DNA from: an uncultured beta proteobacterium
GTDB taxonomy: Bacteria > Pseudomonadota > Gammaproteobacteria > Burkholderiales > JAEUMW01
Reading direction: 5' to 3'
Length of the DNA: 64,000 nucleotides
Assembly (NCBI GenBank): GCA_963734295.1
Contig: CAVTGS010000012.1
Span: 586,429 to 650,428 of the forward strand
The notes under the pieces are model-generated. The model was given only the letters and a program-made list of their open reading frames with translations. It did not search any database and was not told the origin of the DNA. This document shows positions 57,005-64,000 of the stretch, one piece after another (positions within the stretch are counted from its first letter, which is position 1; every line of letters starts with the position of its first letter). The position numbers were made by a program, and so were the translations under genes.

Positions 57005-58197
57005 CACCAGCCGAGCGTGTCGTAGATGACGGTGATGATCGCGTTCGCGACGACGATCAGCACCAGGCTCGTCACCACCGCGGAAGTGGTCACGATGCCC
57101 ACCGCCTCGGCGCTGCGCCCGCACTGCATCCCGCGCAGGCAGCCCGCCATCGCGACCAGCACTCCGTACACGGCGGCCTTGATGAGCCCCTTGACGAAGA
57201 AGACCAGATTGAGCGCGCCCAGGGTCTGGGCAATGTAGCCCTCCCACGAGAGGTCGAGCAGCGTAACGCCGACGAATGCTCCGCCCAGGATACCGAGGAA
57301 GCTCGCATAGAGCGCGAGCAGCGGCGTCATCACGAAGAGCGCCAGGATACGCGGCAGGACCAGGAACTCGACCGCGGCGAGGCCGGTGGTGCGCAGGGCA
57401 TCGATCTCCTCGTTCACCTGCATGGTGCCGATCTGCGCCGCGAACGAAGCGCCTGCCCGCCCCGCCATGATGATGCCGGTCATGAGCGCACCCATCTCCA
57501 GCACCATCGCGATGGCGACCAGGTTCGCGACGAAGATCTGCGCGCCGAACGCGGTGAGCTGGATCGCGCCCAAGAAGGCCAGAATCATTCCGGTGAGGAA
57601 ACTGATGAGCGAAACGATCGGCAGCGCACCGGGGCCGCAGTCGGCGAAGTTCGTGATGAAGTCGGCGCGGCGAAAGCGCGCACGTCCGGTCGCGAAGCGC
57701 ACGAGGGCGATGGCGACCTCGCCGACGAAGGTGAAGACTTCCCCCAGCGAGCTCGCGAAATCGATGGCCGCCATGCCGACGCGCCCGAGGATTCCGAGCC
57801 GGACGTCCGCCGTCCCGGCGGCCGAGCGCGCCGGGACGGCGCGGGCGAGGCGGAAGACGCGCTGCGCTCCATCCGGCAGACCCGAGGTGTCGAATGCGGC
57901 GCCGAGGCGGGCCGCCACCGCTTCCACCTGGCCGATGAAGACGACGAGGGCGCTGTCCCAGCTGGTGATGCCGCTGGTCTCGAAGGCGACGCGTTTCTTC
58001 GGCTCTGCGGTTGCGAGGCGCGCCTCGACCTCGCCCGGCGCGGGAAGCCGCTGCGCCTTGGTCCAGGGTCCGGCGAGCACCAGCACGAGCGCGTCTGCGC
58101 CCGCATCCTTGAAGCCAAGCTCGAGCGCACCCGCGGCTGCGTCCTGCCCCGCGCTTCCGGCTGCAGCAGGCGACGCGGTCACAGACGATTCGCGCAT
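57004..58197 (-). CDS. MlaE-family ABC permease with a fused N-terminal STAS/MlaB-like domain
   Basis: 397 aa. Residues of about 20-130 look STAS-like (LVLVLAGPW...RVAFETSGITSWDSALVVFIGQV...GLPDGAQRVFRLA). The C-terminal about 260 aa is an MlaE permease (...MQVNEEIDALRTTG...). The stop overlaps the ATPase ATG (ATGA). Confidence 0.75.
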   Translation of the reverse strand: MRESSVTASPAAAGSAGQDAAAGALELGFKDAGADALVLVLAGPWTKAQRLPAPGEVEARLATAEPKKRVAFETSGITSWDSALVVFIGQVEAVAARLGAAFDTSGLPDGAQRVFRLARAVPARSAAGTADVRLGILGRVGMAAIDFASSLGEVFTFVGEVAIALVRFATGRARFRRADFITNFADCGPGALPIVSLISFLTGMILAFLGAIQLTAFGAQIFVANLVAIAMVLEMGALMTGIIMAGRAGASFAAQIGTMQVNEEIDALRTTGLAAVEFLVLPRILALFVMTPLLALYASFLGILGGAFVGVTLLDLSWEGYIAQTLGALNLVFFVKGLIKAAVYGVLVAMAGCLRGMQCGRSAEAVGIVTTSAVVTSLVLIVVANAIITVIYDTLGW

Positions 58198-58233
58198 TGC
58201 TCCCAGCCGCTATTCGGGCAACACATTCAGCAC

Positions 58234-58539
58234 CTACATCAGGACCAGCACCGCGTGCGGATCGCCGAGCGGCCCGCACTTCCGGTAGATCTCGGCGATC
58301 TCGCCAGAGCGATACAGGCGCGCGAGCACGCAATTCGTCGCGAGATGAAAACCCGCGTCGCCCCGCTTCAGCATGAGGGCATAGGGCTCGTAGGAGAACT
58401 GGTCCTCCGAGAGCATCCACTCGAGCGGATCCTTCGCTTTCAGCGTCCCTTCGGCCGCTTGGGCGTGGCGGGGAGTCGACGCGACGATGGCGAACGCCAG
58501 CGTGCACGCGGCCACGGCCGCGATTAATCCGTTCTTCAA
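58234..58539 (-). pseudogene. amino-acid ABC substrate-binding protein remnant (signal peptide joined to the C-terminal lobe)
   Basis: 101 aa. Signal peptide MKNGLIAAVAACTLAFAIVAS..AQAAEGTLKA is followed directly by ...FSYEPYALMLKRGDAGF...LYRSGEIAEIYRK, which normally lies at the C-terminus of about 300-aa GltI-like binding proteins. Confidence 0.4.
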
Positions 58540-58666
58540 GCGAGGACTCCTTGCTGCGCAATGCGAAACGTCCGGCGCGAAGTCTATCAGAGGCGGATCG
58601 AGGAGGTCGGGCGACGTGCTCTTACCTTACGTCAGGTTGTGGACGGCCATCGCAGTCTCCGGGTGA

Positions 58667-59353
58667 TCACTCCGTCGTCATGTGCGCCGCAGCGGCGGCC
58701 AGCCAGCCGTCGAGCTCGAAGTCGCTGCTGACCGAGCCGTCAGGGTTCCACAGGAGCAGGTCGGTGGCGGTGGGCGTTTCGCTCACCGGGGCGCGCGGGA
58801 TCGTTCCCAGCGCGAGTCGCCCTGCCCCGCCGCCCTCGGCCAGGCGCCGCACCGATGCGACGAGCTCGTGCCCTACCAGCGGAATCTGCGTATTGAGCAC
58901 GCCGAGTCGATCGGCGGCAAGCTGCACGCGAAATGCGCTCACGGCCGTGCCGCGCCCGAACAGATTGGCCTCGTCGAACACCGCCACCGCCAGCGACGAA
59001 TCGAACGACAGCCCGCGCCGTGAGAGGTGCGTGTTGCCGACCAGCGCCCAGACATCGTCGACCACTACCACGGTGGAGGCCATGCGCACGTGCGAGAAGG
59101 GCCCGGCGCCCGGCGAGAAAATCGCGATGCGGTCGCCAGCGGCGTCGAGCAGCCGCGAGAGCGCCTGGTGCCAGCGGTCATTGCGCACCCAGGCAAGCGG
59201 CGGCGGCGTGCCGGGCAGCAACTCGGCAGCAGATCGAGGATGCTGGCACCTAAGGGCATGGACCCTCCATGCTGCCGCAGCAGTTGATCGCAGCCCGGCG
59301 CTACTGGCCGAGTCGCGGCGGCCGAAGCTACCCCTCTCGCGCAACACGGTCAA
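58667..59353 (-). CDS. hypothetical protein with one degenerate PLD/HKD-like motif (possibly a gene fragment)
   Basis: The 228-aa ORF has only a TTG start. It contains HVRMASTVVVVDDVWALVGNTHLSRRG, which resembles H-x-K...DD...G(S/T)xN...RS of PLD-superfamily domains but with K->R, N->H and an insertion. Confidence 0.35.
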   Translation of the reverse strand: MTVLRERGSFGRRDSASSAGLRSTAAAAWRVHALRCQHPRSAAELLPGTPPPLAWVRNDRWHQALSRLLDAAGDRIAIFSPGAGPFSHVRMASTVVVVDDVWALVGNTHLSRRGLSFDSSLAVAVFDEANLFGRGTAVSAFRVQLAADRLGVLNTQIPLVGHELVASVRRLAEGGGAGRLALGTIPRAPVSETPTATDLLLWNPDGSVSSDFELDGWLAAAAAHMTTE

Positions 59354-59552
59354 TCAGACTTTAGGCCGACGACATCTTGCGGTAATGCAGCATGGCGGGG
59401 GCGATCCGCAGGGGGATCGGGCAGCGGAGGCGAACACGGATCGCGCATGTTGACGCGGGCGCTGTATACGGTGCGCTTCACTGCGCACGCGCCGAGGCGC
59501 CACATTGCGCGACCCATCCCGCAAAGCCGCCGTCGCGCCCGCGTGGGAACAA

Positions 59553-62500
59553 TCAGTGGTTCCCAACGCTCCATCCGCGCAAGGCGGCGTCGATCTCCGG
59601 CAGCTTGACTGTCCACTGCCCTTCGAGCGCGGTGGCGCGCAGCGCTCGCAACTCGGCGTGGAGCGCGTCGCTGCGCTCGCCGCGACCGGCCCGGGCGAGC
59701 AGCCTGCCGCAGGCGCTCATGAACTCGGCCCAGGGGAAGGGCTCTTGGCGGGTGTAATGGATGATGGCTTCGGCGTAGCGAAGCGCCGGGTCCCACTCAC
59801 GCGCTGCGAGCGATGCCGTGATCGCGGCATCGTAGAAATAGAGATGTGCGTGGCTGACGCACCCCGCGGCGAGCAGCGCCTCGCCCTCGGCGAGTGCCCA
59901 GCGGCGGCGATCCGGGTCGTCGGTCGTCTGCGCGATGAAGCCGAGCACGGTCGGACCGATGTACTGGGGTCCCGTAACCCGCGTCAGCGCCCATGCGGCA
60001 TCGAGGAGCTCGGCCGCCTCCGCGAATTCCCCCAGGCCATGTGCGGCAAGGCCGATCTGCGCCAGAGCCTCGGCCTCGAATCGTTGCGCACCCAGGCGCC
60101 GTGCGAGCTCCAGGGAACGCTCGGCTTCGACACGAGAGAGCGCCCATGCACCGCGCATGTGCTGGAAGGCGCTCAGGATGTCGCGCGCGAGCATTTCCGC
60201 ACGCAGGTCGCCGATGCGTGCGGCGAGGTCGAGCGCGGCGTGGCAGTGCTTGGTCACCGCGTCGGGGTCGGCGAGATAGAGGTCGAGGACCGCGAGCATG
60301 GGCAGGTTGGCGAGCTCGATGCGGACGAAGCCGTGCTCGCGAGCAAGCGCGACGCAGCGCCTGAAATGCTCGTGGGCCGAGCGCATGCGCCCCTCCTGGT
60401 AGAAGGCGTCGCCCAGCCCGCCGAGCGCACGCGCCTCTGCGAGCGCCGAGCCCGCACGCCGGGCGTAGTCCAGCGCCTGCTCGTGGGCGCGTCGACACGC
60501 TTCCACGTCGCCCTGCGGAAAGTGGACGTTGCCGCGCAGGAAATGGATCTCGGCCAGCGCTTCGGCATCGTCGATCTCAACAGCCGCGGCTTCCGCCTCG
60601 GCCAACGCCGCGAGCGCCTCGCCGTAGCGATCGAGGACGCGCAGTCCAGCGGCGACACCGATGAATGCATGGCACCGCTCGCGCGCGCCGTCGGCACACT
60701 CGATCGCCTGGCGGAACGCCTCGACCGAGTCGCCCGTGCGGCCAAGCTCGCGCAGGATGTCGCCGCGCAGGCAGGCCAGGCCGTGCTGCAGCGGACGCTC
60801 ATCGGCGAGGGCGAGCCCGCGCTCCGCGAGAGCGAGCGCCCGTTCGTAACGAAACTGCCCGGCCTCTGTCTTCGCGGCGCGGACGTAGGCGGCCGCAGCG
60901 CCGGGATCGCATGCCGCGTCGAGATGCTCCGCTGCGAGCGTGGCGTCGTCCCCGGCGTACCAGGTCGCCGCCTGCCGATGAAGCGCCTGGCGCTTCGACT
61001 TCAGCACCGATGCATAGACCGCCTCGTGGATCAGGGCGTGAGCAAAAAGCCAGGCGTCGCCCTCCGGGCGTACCAGCGCCTGCTCGGTGAGCTTCGTGCA
61101 CGCATACTCGGGGTCGGCGACGAGCTCGCGCAGGGCAGCGAGCGCGAACCTCTGACCGAGCACGGCAGCCGCCTGAACCGCCTGCCGGTCGACAGGATCG
61201 AGCCGGTCGAGGCGCGCCAGCACCAGGCTCTGGATCGAACCGGGCAGCGCTCCACGCTCTTGGCCTGCGCGCAACAGCTGGTCGAGGAACAAGGGATTGC
61301 CTTCCGCCCGGGCGACGCACGCTTGCACGAAACCCTGATCGTGGGCGCCGTAGTGGCTCGCCAGCAGGGCCGCCTCAGCGTCGCTCAGGGGGCCGAGGTC
61401 GATGGTGGTGAGCGCCGTCCCCCCGGTGGCGGCGCGCCAGCCGGCGCCGATTGGATCGTTCTCCGGGCGAGTGATGAGCAGCAATATGACGGGGAACGCA
61501 CGCATGGCGGCCGCGAGGCGCGCCAGATGATCGAGCACCCCGGCGTCGGCCCAGTGGATGTCTTCGACGACGATCAACCGCGGCTGCCGTGCGCTCCGCG
61601 CACGCATGAGCGCGTCGAGCAGCGCCTGCCGGCCGCCGGTGCGGGCGGTATTGTCCATCGCCTGCAGCGCGTGCTGCGCATCCGTCGTCTGCGGCAGATC
61701 CAGGAAGTCGTTCAAAAAGACCACGAGATCCTGCCCGATCCACCCCTCGGCCAGCGCTGCCTGCGCTGCGGTGTGGCGCGCCGACATCGGTGCGTCCGGT
61801 CCGAGATCGACCAGGTCGCGTACGAGCACGTCGATCGGCCCTCCAGCACCCCCGCCGAAATCGAGCACCAGCGTCTTGTGGCAGGCGAAGCCCTGCTCGC
61901 GCGCGATCCCCGCACACGCCTCGAGCAAGCGGCTCTTGCCGATGCCCGCGTCGCCGCGCACCACCACCACATGGCCGCTGCGCCCCGCGAAGCAGTCGCG
62001 GACGATGCCCTCGAACTGGCGCAGCTCCGCTTGCCTGCCTACGAAGGGTACCGACCGGCGCTGCTCCCACGGGTCGGTCATGCGCCGAGCGCGCCACAGC
62101 TTGAGGGGTCTCGACATGGCCGGCATCGCAACTTCCGCGACCTCGTCCGCCTCGAGGCGATCGGCGAGCGCCTGCCGTACCCGGTGCGACAGCCACAGCT
62201 CGCCCGGCGCGGCTGCCTCCGCGATGCGTCCGGCAACGCTCACCGGCTCGCCGCTGACCGCCAGGCCGTCCGCGTCCTGAGTCACCACCAGCGTGCCGCT
62301 CGCGACCCCGAGGTGGACGCCGATGCCGGCCGTCCCAGACACCTCGTCGCGGATCGCGAGTGCAGCGCGCACGGCGCGCTCCGCATCGTTGCCGTGCGCC
62401 ACCGGCACACCGAAGACGGCCATGACCCGGGAGCCGACGTGGCTCAGGACGGTACCGCCGGAACGGGCCACGCAGGCCCCTACCCTGTCGCGCCAGGCGG

Positions 62501-63413
62501 AGAGCAGCGCGTGCATTTCCTCGGGGTCGGTCGTGCCCGCGCTGGCGTCGGCGAGCTCGGCGACGAGCACCGTCGCCTGACGCAGCTCCGGTCCGCCCAG
62601 CGTCGGCGTAGCTGCCTGGGAAGGCGCGGAAGCGCCGGGAACCTGCTCCGCCGCCGCGGCGAGAGAGCCAGACACGGCCAGCGGTGGTGCGCGGCGCTCG
62701 CGCAGGATGCGTCGGTACAGATCCTCCGTCGTCGCTTCGGGCGAGATGCCCAGCTCGCGCTGCAGGATCGCCCGGCACAGCCGGTATTGCTTCAGCGCCG
62801 CGGCTTGGCGGCCCTGGCGATCGTACAGCGTCATCAGCCGGCGGTGCGCGTCCTCGCGCAGCGAATCGAGCGCGAGCAACCGGGTCGTGGTCTCCGTCGC
62901 ACGCGCGAGCTGCCCGGCTCGCTCCTGGCTCTCGGCGAGCCGAGCGAGCAGCGCGAGGGCCTGTTGGCGCCAGCGCTCGCGCTCGACCGAGAGCCACTCG
63001 TCGAACGCCGGTGCGCCAGCCTGGAAGCCCTCCAGCAAGTCGCCCCGGTAGAGCGCTGCCGCCCGCTCCAGGGCAACCGTCGAACCCTCCGCGAGCGCCG
63101 CAGAGTAATCGCGCACGTCGCACGTGAAAGCAGATGGAGACAAGGCAACCGTTGCGCCGTCGACCAGCAGCAGGTCGCCGTCGAGGCACTTGCGCAGGCC
63201 GGACAACGCCTGCCGCAGGCTCGTCCTGGCTTGCTCCTCGCCGCTCTCTCCCCACAGCAGGTCGGCGAGCTTGCCCCGCGGCTGCGGCCGCGCGCCGGAC
63301 ACGGCGAGGTATGCGATGAGCGCCCGCGCCTTGCGTCCTGGCAACACGATCTCCTCCGCCGCGTCAGCGATGAGAGCAAAGCCGCCGAAGAGTTCGAGAC
63401 GCAGCCTAGCCAC
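59553..63413 (-). CDS. AfsR-like multidomain regulator: SARP wHTH + BTAD / class III cyclase-like domain / P-loop STAND ATPase / TPR array
   Basis: 1286 aa, GTG start. wHTH+BTAD covers aa 1-245 (MARLRLELFGGFAL...LLWGES..EQARTSLRQALSGLRK...ALYRGDLLEGF...DEWL..ERERW...YRLCRAILQRELGISPE..T..LY). The cyclase-like domain covers aa ~278-445 (TVLVAELADAS...VGSRVMAVFGVPVAHGNDAERAVRAALAI). Walker A GDAGIGKS is at aa 487-494 (nt 61932-61955). The C-terminal ~600 aa are TPR-like helical repeats. Confidence 0.8.
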   Translation of the reverse strand: MARLRLELFGGFALIADAAEEIVLPGRKARALIAYLAVSGARPQPRGKLADLLWGESGEEQARTSLRQALSGLRKCLDGDLLLVDGATVALSPSAFTCDVRDYSAALAEGSTVALERAAALYRGDLLEGFQAGAPAFDEWLSVERERWRQQALALLARLAESQERAGQLARATETTTRLLALDSLREDAHRRLMTLYDRQGRQAAALKQYRLCRAILQRELGISPEATTEDLYRRILRERRAPPLAVSGSLAAAAEQVPGASAPSQAATPTLGGPELRQATVLVAELADASAGTTDPEEMHALLSAWRDRVGACVARSGGTVLSHVGSRVMAVFGVPVAHGNDAERAVRAALAIRDEVSGTAGIGVHLGVASGTLVVTQDADGLAVSGEPVSVAGRIAEAAAPGELWLSHRVRQALADRLEADEVAEVAMPAMSRPLKLWRARRMTDPWEQRRSVPFVGRQAELRQFEGIVRDCFAGRSGHVVVVRGDAGIGKSRLLEACAGIAREQGFACHKTLVLDFGGGAGGPIDVLVRDLVDLGPDAPMSARHTAAQAALAEGWIGQDLVVFLNDFLDLPQTTDAQHALQAMDNTARTGGRQALLDALMRARSARQPRLIVVEDIHWADAGVLDHLARLAAAMRAFPVILLLITRPENDPIGAGWRAATGGTALTTIDLGPLSDAEAALLASHYGAHDQGFVQACVARAEGNPLFLDQLLRAGQERGALPGSIQSLVLARLDRLDPVDRQAVQAAAVLGQRFALAALRELVADPEYACTKLTEQALVRPEGDAWLFAHALIHEAVYASVLKSKRQALHRQAATWYAGDDATLAAEHLDAACDPGAAAAYVRAAKTEAGQFRYERALALAERGLALADERPLQHGLACLRGDILRELGRTGDSVEAFRQAIECADGARERCHAFIGVAAGLRVLDRYGEALAALAEAEAAAVEIDDAEALAEIHFLRGNVHFPQGDVEACRRAHEQALDYARRAGSALAEARALGGLGDAFYQEGRMRSAHEHFRRCVALAREHGFVRIELANLPMLAVLDLYLADPDAVTKHCHAALDLAARIGDLRAEMLARDILSAFQHMRGAWALSRVEAERSLELARRLGAQRFEAEALAQIGLAAHGLGEFAEAAELLDAAWALTRVTGPQYIGPTVLGFIAQTTDDPDRRRWALAEGEALLAAGCVSHAHLYFYDAAITASLAAREWDPALRYAEAIIHYTRQEPFPWAEFMSACGRLLARAGRGERSDALHAELRALRATALEGQWTVKLPEIDAALRGWSVGNH

Positions 63414-63427
63414 GGACAGTTGCCACT

Positions 63428-63482
63428 TTCACGCTTTCTTCACGCTGGTGCTCACGGCAGCTTGACGGCACCTGCCTACGAT
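63428..63482 (+). promoter_or_regulatory. four phased heptamer direct repeats plus a -10-like hexamer (candidate SARP/OmpR-type activator site and promoter)
   Basis: TTCACGC (63428-34), tttc, TTCACGC (63439-45), tggtg, CTCACGG (63451-57), cagc, TTGACGG (63462-68), then 8 nt cacctgcc, then TACGAT (63477-82). It lies between the regulator start (63413, minus) and the ATG at 63540 (plus). Confidence 0.5.
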
Positions 63483-63539
63483 GCATCCGGAAATAACAAG
63501 ACACGATCCAAATGACCCATCGAACGAGAGGACTCTGCC

Positions 63540-64000
63540 ATGACACTCACCGACTGCCGGGACAACCCCGTCTCCACCCATAATCGTACCGCCGTCGAAC
63601 GGCTCGAAGCGGCAACCGAGCTCTTGCACGGCTATTTCGGCGACCCGCTCGGCGCGATCGACCGCGCGCTCGCCGAAGATCCGGAGTTCGTGATGGGCCA
63701 CGCGTTTCGCGCGGGCCTCCTGATCACCGCTGCCGACGGCGCGGTGAAGCCCCTGCTTCGCGAAAGCGTCGAGGCGGGCGCAGCGCTGGCCCACCGCGCG
63801 AACGATCGCGAGCGCCGCCACCTCGCTGCGGCACGCGCCTGGCTCGATGGCGATTTTGCCGGTTCGATCCAGCGCTACGGCGACATCGTCGTCGCACTAT
63901 CCGCGCGACAGCTTTGCGCTGCAGGTCGCCCACATCGGCGATTTCCTGCTCGGCCATTCGACCATGCTGCGGGATCGTGTCGCCCAGGTGCTGCCCGCCT
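63540..64000 (+). CDS. TTC38-family TPR protein, 5' part (runs off window; apparent frameshift near 63893)
   Basis: ATG 63540 is preceded by gagagg. Sequence MTLTDCRDNPVSTHNRTAVERLEAATELLHGYFGDPL...DPEFVMGHAFRAGLL.... After ...YGDIVV the conserved continuation HYPRDSFALQVAHIGDFLLGHSTMLRDRVAQVLPA is in the +1 frame (from 63895). Confidence 0.6.
   Translation, partial: MTLTDCRDNPVSTHNRTAVERLEAATELLHGYFGDPLGAIDRALAEDPEFVMGHAFRAGLLITAADGAVKPLLRESVEAGAALAHRANDRERRHLAAARAWLDGDFAGSIQRYGDIVVALSARQLCAAGRPHRRFPARPFDHAAGSCRPGAAR

Noticed and set aside
59530-59547. Two further CACG/GACG-containing heptamers at 11-bp spacing just downstream of the STAND stop codon, upstream of the PLD-like ORF
   Set aside because: Only two units are present, with a weak match to the 63428-63468 heptamers. 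Such 4-mers are frequent in GC-rich DNA, so chance occurrence is likely.
59505-63515. 1336-aa plus-strand ORF, the longest in the track, covering the whole STAND locus
   Set aside because: It is antisense to a minus-strand ORF with clear SARP, cyclase-like, Walker A and TPR motifs. Its own product is Arg/Ala/Gly/Pro-rich low-complexity sequence with no recognisable motif. Stop-free antisense frames are expected when third-codon positions are strongly G/C.

Overview
GC-rich proteobacterial chromosomal window (GC judged by eye, not computed). About two thirds is conserved core. It runs fabZ(3' end)-lpxA-lpxB-rnhB, then pyrG-kdsA-eno-ftsB, then a minus-strand type IV pilus chemosensory cluster (pilG-pilH-pilI-pilJ-chpA). 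Next comes a long block syntenic with the E. coli rne/rluC ... fabF-pabC-mltG-tmk-holB-ycfH region: ycfH, holB, tmk, mltG, pabC, fabF, acpP, fabG, fabD, fabH, plsX, rpmF, yceD, maf, sppA, rluC, rne. It ends with uvrB and a class I aminotransferase. From about 39.6 kb the window becomes accessory and visibly decayed. (1) A tRNA-Asn(GTT) gene whose 3' half is repeated 5.2 kb downstream brackets an insert with acyl-CoA metabolism genes, an etfB remnant, IS91-like and IS110-like transposase remnants and a 143-bp inverted repeat pair, but no integrase. (2) A PAS-GGDEF-EAL protein and an APH/P-loop kinase fusion. (3) A minus-strand envelope lipid-transport locus: STAS-fused MlaE-like permease, MlaF-like ATPase, MCE protein, PqiC-like lipoprotein, DUF4136-like lipoprotein and a roughly 1180-aa DUF748/AsmA-like gene broken by three frameshifts. 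(4) A 1286-aa AfsR-like regulator (SARP wHTH+BTAD, degenerate class III cyclase-like domain, P-loop STAND ATPase, TPR). Its divergent intergenic region carries four heptamer direct repeats at 11-12 bp phasing, ending exactly 8 bp from a -10-like hexamer, which is the classical SARP/OmpR-type activator site layout. That regulator-operator-target module is the most interesting candidate system, followed by the MCE plus AsmA-like locus. All apparent frameshifts lie in the accessory third and none in the 41 kb of core genes. No CRISPR array, rRNA or intact mobile element was seen. The many long antisense ORFs in the track are high-GC artefacts.
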